A stretch of 64,000 nt of DNA from Chitinophagaceae bacterium (GTDB taxonomy: Bacteria > Bacteroidota > Bacteroidia > Chitinophagales > Chitinophagaceae). Positions 43,601 through 53,124 of the stretch are shown here, piece by piece (the first letter of the stretch is position 1; every line of letters begins with the position of its first letter). The notes beneath the pieces are model-generated. The model did not search any database and was not told the DNA's origin. It saw only the letters and a program-made list of their open reading frames with translations. The stretch lies in assembly GCA_021299955.1 (NCBI GenBank), contig JAJTFQ010000013.1:11075-75074 (forward strand), written 5' to 3'. The translations under genes were made by a program, and so were the position numbers.

Positions 43601-44420
43601 ATCGGGTAGTATCGTACAGAAAGAAATTGCCGGCGTTGCATCCATTGACCACGAACATGGGATACTTCCCCGCGTTGTCGTAAGCGTAAGGGTCCCCGAT
43701 ATTGAACTCCAGTGCCGAAGCGGATGAATGGCCCATGTAGTTCAGCAGACTGATCCCTTCTGCAAAGAGCGCCTTCAACTGTTGGTCGTTGAGCTGCTGG
43801 GTCGCGAAGGCTGGATTATTGCTGAAAGTCTTCACATTGGCCCCAAAGAGCGTATCAGCCAGGATCGATCGGGCCGCATTCATGTATCCGAACAGAAGTC
43901 CCTGCAGATAATTGTCGCTTCCTCCAACTGCATGCACCACATTCTTCATCCATCCGCGGTCCTGCAGGGTTTGCCCGCCGGTCCTGGCTGCCCCTTCATG
44001 CTCCCTGACCTTGTCGAGATAGTCCGTGATCTCGGAAGCATGCACGCCCGACAGCCGGCCCACCGGAAGCGCCGCCAGGGGATCGGGACCGTCCGCCATC
44101 AACCAATTGTCGGACCCCGGATTGCCGTAGGTGGGCACCAGGGCGATGGACGCCGTTGAGCTGCGGGCCTCATTCATCCGAAACTGGTCGTAGGTGAGTC
44201 CTCTGCCGATCAGGAATACGGCACGGGGTCTGACCCCGAACCGCGCACGCGCCAGTCGAACGAACTGTCGGATGGCCATCGGATGCTGTTTCACGCCGTA
44301 GGCGAACTGATCCGTAAGTTCTTCAATATCGTATACGCGGGCCTGAAAGCTGCCGCCCTCAGGCGAGGAGCGATAGCGCCGGTAGTCATCCACCGGTCCG
44401 CCTGCTCCACTCCCGACCAA
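40611..44420 (-). CDS. PorU-like C25 (gingipain-family) cysteine peptidase, C-terminal part with T9SS-type CTD
   Basis: NYMGHS (His) and NGCNAG (Cys) dyad, LHGDP, CARDB-like ELSESNN, YPNPF..WDG..LANGVYLY; frame actually extends to ~44530. Confidence 0.8.
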   Translation of the reverse strand: MVGSGAGGPVDDYRRYRSSPEGGSFQARVYDIEELTDQFAYGVKQHPMAIRQFVRLARARFGVRPRAVFLIGRGLTYDQFRMNEARSSTASIALVPTYGNPGSDNWLMADGPDPLAALPVGRLSGVHASEITDYLDKVREHEGAARTGGQTLQDRGWMKNVVHAVGGSDNYLQGLLFGYMNAARSILADTLFGANVKTFSNNPAFATQQLNDQQLKALFAEGISLLNYMGHSSASALEFNIGDPYAYDNAGKYPMFVVNGCNAGNFFLYDTTRFSSSNLTLSEKYVMAKRRGSIGFVASTHYGVVNYLNIFVNALYTSMSGSGYGRPMGEVQLVALQRMLQSVGQTDYLARMHAEQITLHGDPMVRVYAHAQPDYVVEAPGVRIEPGLATLADGAVDVNIKMQNIGRAVGDSIGIRVRHLRPDGSSREILFRRIPAIRWEDSLSLKIPINPLTDKGENRVVVTVDADDRYAELSESNNSVTKVYMVIEDELRPVWPGDLTIMNESQPVFLASTADALKPLRRYIMEVDTAADFRSPARRSVSIESSGGLLKFQLPGLTLTDGRVHYWRTAPEPAAGEAARWNRASFLYLKDIPSGFAQAHAGQHLQSTAADMRLDADRVWRFNDRPAQIVIKTGIFPIHPKNRINVQVDEKYHVLWGCRPGSLQIVVYDSISLMPLRNALQPGGKGRFGSWAPCQYNDFLFEFPYDDPVYRKAAMDFLDSLPARSYVSVTNMGSLGNTSFVDAWKSDTVLHGAGRSLYHSLLRLGMSDIDRFTANVPFLFFRRVGDAVTPIISHMAVSRDEYIERRIDVRKGLDRGTVLSPWFGPVRRWHHLRWTADRPDGIQDRVAVDLIGREASGLEMNLATLSGGDTSLSFVDASRFPYLRLRMRCVDSLGFTPAQLRSWRLAADPVPEGALSPDLRFSMPDSLEPGQPFDFSLAFRNISPAAFDSLRLYMTVTGSDNVVREVPLPRTRPLPAGDTLHLSGRVDTRGLKGNCMVYLHVNPGPEQPEQHLFNNFLYRRVRVGADGLNPLLDVTFDGAHIMDGDIVSSRPHISIRMKDDSRYLLLDDTALMRVQVRYPDGGVRVFRVDGDSMRFSPAAAAPNADNTAVIDLKATFGQDGEYELIVNGRDRSGNMAARSDLRMRFTVMNQSAISDLLNYPNPFTSSTAFVFTLTGRQPPRDLRIQILTVTGRVVREIRREELGPLRIGRNITEFRWDGTDQYGQPLANGVYLYRVIATQDGQQMERWKPDGDPTGNFFRNGYGKMYLMR

Positions 44421-44491
44421 CCGGGGATGCGTAATGATGAGATAGTCGCCCTGACGTTCCTGGCGTGTATAATCTATGAAATTCCGAACGG

Positions 44492-45562
44492 TCAGCCGAT
44501 CGATGGTCCGGACGGAGACACTGGCACGACGCGTTCCGTAAGGTCATAGAGTGCAGGTGCCACATCACCGCCCCGGAATCCTTCGATCTCCAGGTAATGA
44601 CCGGACGCTGAACCCGGCAGGCTGAAGGCGAACCGGTCCGCCCCGCCGAAATCAAACCGCCTCGGATAAGTGATGCTGACAGTATGCACCATCATCTGGT
44701 CGGCAGAAACCAAACTGCCATTAAGGATGGTCAGCACATCCTGCGACCTGCCCAGGGCTGCACGGGGCACGCTTCCCATGAACACCCGTCCCTCGCGACC
44801 CGAAAAGGCATGGCTGCCCGCCTCCACGCCGTTCACCTGCAGACGCAGTGTACGTGCATGGGCGGCATTACCGAAAACCGAGACACGATAGGTGGGATCG
44901 GGTCCGCCGGCGGCAGGATACAGATTTCCGAGATCATGTACAAGCGGAGATCCGGGCAGGATATCGAGGGATGCCCATCCCTCTCCGGTTTCAAAGGAGG
45001 ATGAATAGACCGTCAGGCCCAGATTTACACCAAAGCCCGGATGCAGGCGGTTTCTGAATACATGTTCCCGGGTATACAGAAAATATGGTTCAGGAGCCAG
45101 TGTATTGCCCGTGATGTCATTCGTACCGGGAGTCATCCGGAGGGATGACCCGGAGGGATCGGTTGTAAGAAAGTAGGCCGCCGTGTCCGTGAACAGGCTC
45201 ACCCGGTCAGAAGGCTGAAGCTGACCCGCATAGAGCCTCGTATCAAGCCCTCCGTCGTTGGGTTCTCCATAAAATTCGATATAGTCGCCCCCCCCGAGCA
45301 CACCCGAAGACCTGGAGAGAAACAGCGGTACCTGTCGGCCCATCCTCCATAACTGGAAATGCTCCGCCGGAATGGCACCCAGTCCGGCTGCCGCAAGCGT
45401 AGCCTGCGGAATGCGGTAAAGTCCGGCCCCCCCCACCCTGAACCGGTGATAGGTCCGGGCATGGTCGATCCATTCGTTATCATACTGTGCACGGACGGGT
45501 GCCCACACAAACAGCAGCATGCATATCAGCAGGAGTATGTGCAGAAAACCTCGCCTCATCAA
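44492..45562 (-). CDS. PorU-like C25 peptidase, N-terminal part (signal peptide + propeptide region)
   Basis: Signal peptide ..VRAQ, YDNEWID, GLYRI, DYIEFYG, DTAAYFLT; frame break near 44530. Confidence 0.75.
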   Translation of the reverse strand: MMRRGFLHILLLICMLLFVWAPVRAQYDNEWIDHARTYHRFRVGGAGLYRIPQATLAAAGLGAIPAEHFQLWRMGRQVPLFLSRSSGVLGGGDYIEFYGEPNDGGLDTRLYAGQLQPSDRVSLFTDTAAYFLTTDPSGSSLRMTPGTNDITGNTLAPEPYFLYTREHVFRNRLHPGFGVNLGLTVYSSSFETGEGWASLDILPGSPLVHDLGNLYPAAGGPDPTYRVSVFGNAAHARTLRLQVNGVEAGSHAFSGREGRVFMGSVPRAALGRSQDVLTILNGSLVSADQMMVHTVSITYPRRFDFGGADRFAFSLPGSASGHYLEIEGFRGGDVAPALYDLTERVVPVSPSGPSIG

Positions 45563-46689
45563 CGGATCGGATTACGGTTGGCCCTTCCGAGTGGCACCCG
45601 GAGTGAGAATACATGAGAATACAGCGGGTTGGACTGATTTGCCAGATTGCTGAAGGCATAATCAACACTGAAGCCTGACCAACGGAAACCCGCACCCAGC
45701 GAGGGTTGGAAGATCCATGCCTTCCGGACATTGAGCGTATCTCCATCTTTCAGTCCCTGCTGGAAATTTGATATGCCGGCCCGCAGCATGATGACATCCC
45801 GGTAGCCGGCTTCAATACCCAGCCGCGGATCAATGCTCACTGGCTGGCCGCTCAGCAGTACGTTGCGTTTCCCATCGAAGGTGAAGTCGAGATCCATCTC
45901 GGGCGTGATCCTGAAACGATCCCCTATCCTCAAATCGCGGGCGAAACCCAGGATCAGCCGGGGAGCGGTGAGCTCAGTCGATTTCACGGGTATGTCATTC
46001 TTCGTGAGGTACAACACTTCCTTCTCCCGCTCGGTGAAAGAAAACGACCACGCATTAAAGGTGGTGGTAACATCGCGGAGTGTAGCGCCCAGACGCCAGT
46101 TGTGCCACCTGATCCGCAGTCCCGCATCCAGCCCGAAACCCCATGCCCTGGCGAAACTGCCGACACTCCGGTGGATCACTTTGGCATTGACGCCGAAGGA
46201 GATGGAACGATGCTCCTCCTCGACGATCCGCTGTGCATAGGAAAGCAAAAATGCGTAGTCTGCAGAGGAGAAAGAGCGGATGTTATTGTAGTTGATCGTG
46301 CCGTCAGGCTCCACCAGGTAGAGGGTGTTGGGGATGTCATCGATCGCAAACCGCAGGAGGGTGACCCCCAGGGCGCGCCTGCCATCCGTCGCCGGGAGGG
46401 CTGCGGATGCATAGTCGTACTTACCGATGCCCGAAAAATAGCCCGCATGCATCAGGTGCAGGATCGGCCTGTCCTTCACTTCCATCAGGCCTGCAGGATT
46501 CCAGTATCCGGCCGTTCCGTCATCCGCAACCGCTACCTGGGCCCCGCCCATGGCCAGACCACGGGCACCTGCACCAATGTTGAGAAATTCGTTGGAATAT
46601 TTTCGGAACTGAGCCGCAGCATCTCCGGCACAGGATGCAGCCAGTGCCAGCAGGCAGACAAAGATCCGGATGGACATGGTCATATGCAT
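45559..46689 (-). CDS. PorV/PorQ-family outer-membrane beta-barrel
   Basis: Signal peptide then EFLNIGAGARGLAMG..YWNPAGL FadL/PorV-type N-terminus; overlaps C25 gene start. Confidence 0.82.
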   Translation of the reverse strand: MHMTMSIRIFVCLLALAASCAGDAAAQFRKYSNEFLNIGAGARGLAMGGAQVAVADDGTAGYWNPAGLMEVKDRPILHLMHAGYFSGIGKYDYASAALPATDGRRALGVTLLRFAIDDIPNTLYLVEPDGTINYNNIRSFSSADYAFLLSYAQRIVEEEHRSISFGVNAKVIHRSVGSFARAWGFGLDAGLRIRWHNWRLGATLRDVTTTFNAWSFSFTEREKEVLYLTKNDIPVKSTELTAPRLILGFARDLRIGDRFRITPEMDLDFTFDGKRNVLLSGQPVSIDPRLGIEAGYRDVIMLRAGISNFQQGLKDGDTLNVRKAWIFQPSLGAGFRWSGFSVDYAFSNLANQSNPLYSHVFSLRVPLGRANRNPIR

Positions 46690-46856
46690 AGGATATAGGT
46701 GGACCGGGCAGGAACGACCGGCGGATAAAATTAAATGTTTTCACCGGACGGGTACCCACTCGAATTCCCGACTTGTGAGAACGAGCCAGCCTCCGGCTTA
46801 TTGCGCATGGGGAAAACCTCACGCATGCTTACCTTCGCGCAAAATCCCTCACTCCG

Positions 46857-48173
46857 ATGAATCTCGTCGAAGAGCTCCAATGGCGGGGCATGCTGCAGGA
46901 CATCATGCCAGGCACCGAAGAACAACTGAACAAGGAAATGACCACCGGCTATGTGGGCTTCGATCCCACCGCCGAAAGCCTGCACATCGGCAGCCTGGTA
47001 CCCATCCTGCTGCTGCTGCACCTGCAGCGGGCGGGTCACAAACCCATCGCACTCGTCGGCGGGGCCACGGGCATGGTCGGAGACCCCTCAGGCAAAAGCG
47101 AGGAACGCAACCTGCTCGACGAGGAGTCGCTGCAGCGGAATATCCGGGGCATACGCGGACAACTGGAAAAATACCTGGATTTCACCCCGGGACGCACCAA
47201 TGCCGCAGAACTGGTCAATAACTACGATTGGTTCAAAGGCCTGGGGTTCATAGATTTCCTCCGGGATGTCGGCAAACATATCACCGTCAACTACATGATG
47301 TCCAAGGACAGTGTGCGGAAACGGATCGAAGGCGAGACCGGCATCAGCTACACTGAATTCGCCTACCAGCTCATGCAGGGTTATGACTACTACTGGCTGC
47401 ATGTCCACAAGGGCTGTAAGCTGCAGATGGGAGGAAGCGACCAGTGGGGCAATATCACGACCGGCACCGAACTCATCCGCCGGAAATCCGGCGGAGACGC
47501 TTTTGCCTTCACCTGCCCGCTGATCAAGAAGGCAGACGGCGGCAAGTTCGGGAAAACAGAGAAGGGAAATGTATGGCTGGATCCCGCCCGCACTTCTCCT
47601 TATCAATTCTACCAGTTTTGGCTGAATGCGGCCGATGAGGATGCGGTGAAATGGATCCGGATCTTCACGCTGATGCCGATAGAGGATATACAGACACTGA
47701 CGGATCGCCACCTGGCCGACCCGGGCGCCCGTCAGCTCCAGAAGCGACTGGCACAGGAAGTGACCACCTTCGTACATGGCGAGGAAGAATGCCGGGCGGC
47801 CATCCTCACAACAGAAAAACTTTTCTCCGGAGATGCGGCCGATAACATCCGGTCCATGAATGAAACGGAGATCCTGGCCTCCATGGAAGGGGTACCAACA
47901 TGCCCGGTCAGTATGACCGAGCTGGAGGCCGGCATCGACGTGGTGAGCTTCCTGGCAGGCACAGGCATCTTCCCCAGCAAAGGAGAGGCACGCAAGACCG
48001 TGCAGGGCGGTGGTGTATCGGTCAACCGGGACAAGGTCGCAGACATCGCCCGTAGCATCGGCACTCAAGACCTGCTACCTGCTGGCAGGCAAATATATAC
48101 TGGTCACCAAGGGAAAGAAGCACCACCATCTCGTGGTCGCATCCTGATCTTGAAAAAAATCCCCGGCTCGTGA
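46857..48173 (+). CDS. tyrS: tyrosine--tRNA ligase (C-terminus altered by 7-bp duplication)
   Basis: [13 protein letters not shown] (HIGH), [13 protein letters not shown] (KMSKS), S4 domain. Confidence 0.96.
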   Translation: MNLVEELQWRGMLQDIMPGTEEQLNKEMTTGYVGFDPTAESLHIGSLVPILLLLHLQRAGHKPIALVGGATGMVGDPSGKSEERNLLDEESLQRNIRGIRGQLEKYLDFTPGRTNAAELVNNYDWFKGLGFIDFLRDVGKHITVNYMMSKDSVRKRIEGETGISYTEFAYQLMQGYDYYWLHVHKGCKLQMGGSDQWGNITTGTELIRRKSGGDAFAFTCPLIKKADGGKFGKTEKGNVWLDPARTSPYQFYQFWLNAADEDAVKWIRIFTLMPIEDIQTLTDRHLADPGARQLQKRLAQEVTTFVHGEEECRAAILTTEKLFSGDAADNIRSMNETEILASMEGVPTCPVSMTELEAGIDVVSFLAGTGIFPSKGEARKTVQGGGVSVNRDKVADIARSIGTQDLLPAGRQIYTGHQGKEAPPSRGRILILKKIPGS

Positions 48174-48229
48174 CGTCGGATTTTGGGAATTTTCAGAAAA
48201 ACACTACTTTTGCATCCCGCAAGGGAAGG

Positions 48230-48300
48230 TGCCCGATAGTATAATGGTAGTACGACAGATTTTGGTTCTGTTTGTCTTGGTTCGAATCCAGGTCGGGCAA
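48230..48300 (+). tRNA. tRNA-Gln(TTG)
   Basis: TGCCCGATAGTATAATGG...TTTTGGT...GGTTCGAATCC...TCGGGCAA; TACTTTTG -7 box upstream. Confidence 0.93.
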
Positions 48301-48321
48301 CACAGACGAAAACAACAAGTG

Positions 48322-48353
48322 AAAAAAAAGCCACTGATCTCAGTGGTTTTTTT
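48322..48353 (+). terminator. terminator after tRNA-Gln
   Basis: AAAAGCCACTG-ATCT-CAGTGGTTTTTTT. Confidence 0.8.
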
Positions 48354-48705
48354 GTGCCCCGCCATGTCGTTGTGTGGGGTGTTTACGGCACTTGCATGGT
48401 TCCTCAATCCTACAGACCACCCGCATCATTGCATCTTGCCCTGGCCGACCGATCCGGCATTGTCGATAAGAATACACGGAACAATGCAGCGTGGATAAAA
48501 GGTCAGTTTCACCAATCACTTGTCTGGACGATTGACCTTTAATGTCAATTGGTATATCTTGTCCCGCACAGGATGACCGGTCATGATGATTTGTTCAATG
48601 ACCCCGGGCGCCAGGCCTGAAAACATGGGCGTCACATAGGGCCTTTGCCTTGTCAATGGCGGGGTTCGCGGACTCATCCGACAGGTAAAACATCAATGCT
48701 TGGGC

Positions 48706-49509
48706 ATGAAAACAGAAAATCGTCCCCAAAAGGGCAACAGGGTCGCCATCGTCATACCATCGAACAAACCGGACATGTCCGTCTTCGAGCATGCTTCCTA
48801 CATGCAATGCCTGAACGTGCTTGGTAAATATGACACCTTCATCGCAGGCCCGGAAGGGTTGGATATCAGCGAATATACCAGGCTGGGGCCTGTCCGCCAC
48901 TACAAGCAGGATCCCCGCTTCTTCGGAACTTCGCTCAGGTATAACCGGTTGATGCTGACCCCTCAATTCTATGAAGGCCTGTCAGCCTACGACTATATCC
49001 TCATTTATCAACTCGACTGCTATGTTTTCAGGGATGAGCTCGAGGAATGGTGTGGCATGGGATATGACTAAATTGGCGGGCCATGGATCGGTCAGGACCT
49101 GAAACAATGGGTATTGAAAAAGAAAAGAAACTACCCGGTGGATATGAAGTGGCTTCACAGGTTGACCGGGTACAAGTTACTAGGTTATGTCGGAAACGGA
49201 GGGCTGTCGCTCAGGAAAACGGATTCCCTCATTCGAAACCTCAAATGGTTCTCTCTGAGATTAAAATACTACGGAGGAAACGAGGATGTCTTCATGGCAC
49301 ACTACCTCGCTTCCCTGAATCCGTTTTTCCGCATTCCGGATACGAGTACCGCGCTGAAGTTCGCTTTCGATGCAAACCCGGACATCGCTTACAAAATGAA
49401 CGAAGAACGATTACCTTTTGGGTGCCATGCCTGGTGGAGGACCGACAAGGGTACATATGATCACAATCTTGATTTCTGGAGCCGGCACATCAACCTGCCC
49501 GCAAGTTGA
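48706..49509 (+). pseudogene. DUF5672-like putative glycosyltransferase with in-frame TAA at 49069
   Basis: YDYILIYQLD, YD*IGGPW, VGNGGLSLRK, NEDVF, PFGCHAW all in one frame. Confidence 0.7.
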
Positions 49510-50269
49510 ACCAAAGGGTATTGAACGTCAGCGATCGATCGCTCTCCACCCTCCGGGAAGTCGTTTCGGATTTGTTGTGCGGTTCTTCACCTGCATGATG
49601 TCCCCAGAGAGCATCATACAAACAGTTCTCTCCGATGCGGTCCTCCACACCCGGACCATATCCGCCCGGACTGATGCAGTTGCAACGAATGCCGCGCGTT
49701 CCGTATTTGTTGGCGATCCATCGGGTGAAACCGACCATCGCCCATTTCTCGCAGGTATAATTGAGCGGACTGCTCATATCGGTTCCTTCATAGACGGGGA
49801 AACGCGGGCCCGTAGCCCCCTGGATGGATCCGATGTTGATGATGTTGCCGTGCCCGGCCGAGAGCATGTGCGGAACCACCGCCTGCGTGATCAGCATCAG
49901 TCCGGTGGAATTGATGCGCAGTGCTGACTCCCAACCATCTTTAGTGACCGTATCCAGATCGCCCATACCCTGCCGGGTCACCGCATTGTTGACCAGGATG
50001 TCGATCCGTCCGCAGACCGAGATGACCTCCGCGACACAGGTTTGGATCGAATGTTCATCGCCCTGATCAAGGCGGACCGCCATGGCCCGGTATCCTTCCT
50101 GACCTAACTCCACTGCCAGTCGACGACAGGCCTCAAGATCCCTTGAAGCGATCACCACCATTGCACCGGCCTCTGCCAATGCACGACAAATGGGCCGGCC
50201 ATAAAGTCCGGCACCTCCTGTGACCAACGCCACCTGACCTTCCAGTGAAAACAGATCTCGTGTATGCAT
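49490..50269 (-). CDS. SDR oxidoreductase (C-terminus apparently lost after ~49622)
   Basis: TGGAGLYG, LVNNA, YTCEK catalytic motif, NCISPGG; lacks P.GR and DGG end. Confidence 0.8.
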   Translation of the reverse strand: MHTRDLFSLEGQVALVTGGAGLYGRPICRALAEAGAMVVIASRDLEACRRLAVELGQEGYRAMAVRLDQGDEHSIQTCVAEVISVCGRIDILVNNAVTRQGMGDLDTVTKDGWESALRINSTGLMLITQAVVPHMLSAGHGNIINIGSIQGATGPRFPVYEGTDMSSPLNYTCEKWAMVGFTRWIANKYGTRGIRCNCISPGGYGPGVEDRIGENCLYDALWGHHAGEEPHNKSETTSRRVESDRSLTFNTLWFNLRAG

Positions 50270-50284
50270 GACCGTTAGTATTGT

Positions 50285-51169
50285 TCATTTAGTCTGCCAT
50301 CGGCCCGGGATGATGATCCGTTCCGGAATTTTCAAGGCGATGACTTCCATCTCTGCAGCCAGCTCATCCGGAATGCGCTGTACCGCCATCAACGCACAAT
50401 TCTCCCGCAGCTGCCGGGCGGTATCTGCCCCGATGACCAGGCTCCCTACTCCCTCCTGATGATGCACATAGGAAAACGCCGCCTCAGCTATGCTCATGTT
50501 CGCACGTGCCGCCAAGAACGACAGCCTTTTTAACGGACCAGCAGCGTCGCGCAGGTCTGCAGGCAGATGACCGGGATCGGTGAGCAGCAATCCTTTCAGA
50601 AAGACACTGCGAATGAATACAAATATTCCTGCCTGACGGAGGACTTGCAATCGTCCGTTTCGCAGCAGAGCCGGGTCCAGCAGATTGAAAGGCACCTGCA
50701 CGCACCGAAAAGCGGGATGTCCAACTACAGGCTCGACATCCTCAGGTCGATAGGCTGATAAGCCCCCTGCCCCGATCAGCCCATCCTCCGTCAACTCCTG
50801 CAGGATATCTCCCAGGAGCAGCACGGAGACCCTTGGCCGTCCCATGGCTTGCAGAGAGGCCTCCAGGGAAGACCTTACTTGCCGGCGCAAGGCTTCAAAT
50901 CCGGCAGCAGCATCATCCAGCGTGAACTTGGTGACGATGTGTTCAAAACATGCCCGTCCACGGATGCCCTCATGACCGGCAATCACTTCCTCCGCCGTTC
51001 CATAGGACCTGGCTGTGTCCAGCACATTGATCCCACACTCCACGGCCGCATCCAGGATGTCATGGGCGGTTGACTGGTCAGGGGCCTCCGGGCCGGCATG
51101 CAAGCCATAGGGCAATCCAAGCTGAACCGTTCCCAGGGTGATCCGGGAAAAATTGGATATGTCGGACAT
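50285..51169 (-). CDS. aldo/keto reductase
   Basis: LGTVQLG..YG, DTARSYGTAE, VTK, VQVPFNLLD, RSVFLKG; expected LLH His segment missing. Confidence 0.82.
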   Translation of the reverse strand: MSDISNFSRITLGTVQLGLPYGLHAGPEAPDQSTAHDILDAAVECGINVLDTARSYGTAEEVIAGHEGIRGRACFEHIVTKFTLDDAAAGFEALRRQVRSSLEASLQAMGRPRVSVLLLGDILQELTEDGLIGAGGLSAYRPEDVEPVVGHPAFRCVQVPFNLLDPALLRNGRLQVLRQAGIFVFIRSVFLKGLLLTDPGHLPADLRDAAGPLKRLSFLAARANMSIAEAAFSYVHHQEGVGSLVIGADTARQLRENCALMAVQRIPDELAAEMEVIALKIPERIIIPGRWQTK

Positions 51170-51178
51170 ATCAATGAG

Positions 51179-51956
51179 TTACATATGATCAAGCTCATGA
51201 TCCTTGCCCGTGAAAACGGCCGGATCCAGGATATTGAGCGCACTGAATAATGTCTTGGCCATCTGGTCGTGCCCACGTCCGTTGGGATGAAGTTCGTCAT
51301 TCAGCCATTTGTGCAACTCCAGGATGTTTTTCTGCCCCTGTGCCGTCCAGTGTTGCCAGTGATCGACCAGGATCGTACCTTCCGCGGCAGCCACGGCCCG
51401 GATGCCCTCCACATACTCCCCGATCCGTTCACGGCCCGTCGCTCTTTCGAGCAACACGGTATTGGGCGTCTGCAACACGGGGATCGCTCCCTCCGACCGA
51501 ATGCGCCGGACCAGCTCGATCAGCTGACTTTTATATTTATCTACAGAGATGATCGTTCGTACCCACCATGATGAATACCACCGCCGGTGCAAACTGTCGG
51601 ATCCGCCATTCGTAATCCCCCAGGATGTCCCCGGCCGTATTCCCGCTGATGGCCGTATTGATGATCACATCCCGCACCCGGCGCAGCTCCCAGCGGATCC
51701 GCTCTCCGAAGATCTCCGGGTAGGAACGCGCGCCGAAGGTATGCTTGGCTCCATGGGTGATGCTGTCGCCCACAAAGACCCATTTGACAGGGGATTTGGC
51801 GGCCAGGATATCCCGGATCCGGGCGAGGTCCGCCGCAGGATCCCCGGCTGAGCGGGCAACGGTTGACCGATCAAAAGCTGACCAGAGCCAGCCACCGCTC
51901 ATAAGCAGGAGCGACCGGGTCAGTGACGCGGAAAGAAATTGTCTGCGGTTTTTCAT
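51179..51956 (-). pseudogene. SGNH/GDSL esterase with Tat-like signal, frameshifted at ~51551
   Basis: RRQFL signal; GDSIT, ISG, GTND in ORF 51537-51956; DELHPN in ORF 51179-51592. Confidence 0.75.
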
Positions 51957-51964
51957 GGTACAGC

Positions 51965-53089
51965 TTATTTTTTATCATAGATCCAGTCGAGGTCAAGTCG
52001 AACAATATCGGTCACGTTCAGATGCGTCTTCTTCGACTGGCTGCCCGCACAATAGCTCAGCAACACGCCTTTGTCAACAAAGTGCATCGCGATGTAGCAA
52101 TACCAGCCGTCCGGGTCTGTTTCGAAGTTCTTCACATGCTGCCAGCTGCGGCCTTCGTCTTTGGACACCGCCACTGTCAAAGGCGTGCGCTTGCCCTTCA
52201 GTTGAGGATCCTCCCCACCATTGCGGTTCCATACCATGAGCAGGTCGCCGGTGGCGGGGATCCGCTGGATGGTCGCGGGAGACAGGGGGGATGGAATGTC
52301 TGCCGGTTCGGCAGGCGTCCAGTCACGGCCATTGTTGCGGGAATAGCATTTGTACTGGGTGCCCGGACTCGCCCGGATGATCATCATAACATCCCCATTT
52401 TTCAGTTCCACTACACCCGGTTCCTGCAGCACCACCCCGTTGGGATTGCTGACCATTGGACTGGAAGTCCAGGTTCTGCCGTTGTCATCGGAATAATAGC
52501 TGAACAGCCGGGCGCCGTTCGACCACTGTGCCTCATCGGGCGTCTGATGCAGGGCCACGGCCATCAGCAGCCTACCGTCGCGCAGCTGGATCACGCGGTC
52601 GTTGTTCAACACATAATATCCCTTCCGGTCGGTGATGCAGGATATCGGCTCACTCCAGGTCTGCCCCTCATCCTTTGAGATACGCATGTATGGAATGCAA
52701 TCCGTCCAGGCATTTTTCTTGAGATAGAACAGCGCGATCTCCCCGTTCTGCAATCGAAGCAGGGACACGGACATGACATTGAGCAATCCCTCCCGATCGA
52801 CGATCGTACGATCGATCGACCAGGTGCGCCCGCCATCTTTGGATATCCGGCCGGCCAGGTAGGCAGTGGCATTGTCGTGGTCAGACTCCCCGAAATACCG
52901 GGTATAGACAAACAGGATACTGCCATCCTTCAGGGTGATGAAATCCCCTTCGCTGTTCCGGGGGTTGTTGATGCCCGGCGGAATGCGCAGGAGTAATTCC
53001 TTCCCTGAATTCGACTGAGCCATGGCTGCCGGCATGATGCCCGCACCCAGCACAAGTGCCCACAGGCTTCTGAGCAGTGATCTTTTCAT
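51965..53089 (-). CDS. sialidase-fold (BNR/Asp-box) secreted protein
   Basis: Signal peptide; five Asp boxes (SKDGGRTW, SKDEGQTW, SDDNGRTW, SRNNGRDW, SKDEGRSW); start at ATG 53089. Confidence 0.85.
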   Translation of the reverse strand: MKRSLLRSLWALVLGAGIMPAAMAQSNSGKELLLRIPPGINNPRNSEGDFITLKDGSILFVYTRYFGESDHDNATAYLAGRISKDGGRTWSIDRTIVDREGLLNVMSVSLLRLQNGEIALFYLKKNAWTDCIPYMRISKDEGQTWSEPISCITDRKGYYVLNNDRVIQLRDGRLLMAVALHQTPDEAQWSNGARLFSYYSDDNGRTWTSSPMVSNPNGVVLQEPGVVELKNGDVMMIIRASPGTQYKCYSRNNGRDWTPAEPADIPSPLSPATIQRIPATGDLLMVWNRNGGEDPQLKGKRTPLTVAVSKDEGRSWQHVKNFETDPDGWYCYIAMHFVDKGVLLSYCAGSQSKKTHLNVTDIVRLDLDWIYDKK

Positions 53090-53124
53090 GATGATTCGTT
53101 TTGCGTGTTTGGTTATATTAACTA

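Noticed and set aside
49069-49071. Stop-codon recoding or readthrough
   Set aside because: TAA terminates many genuine genes here (ilvD, ilvN, thrB, thrC, tuf); a single substitution from a Tyr codon is simpler
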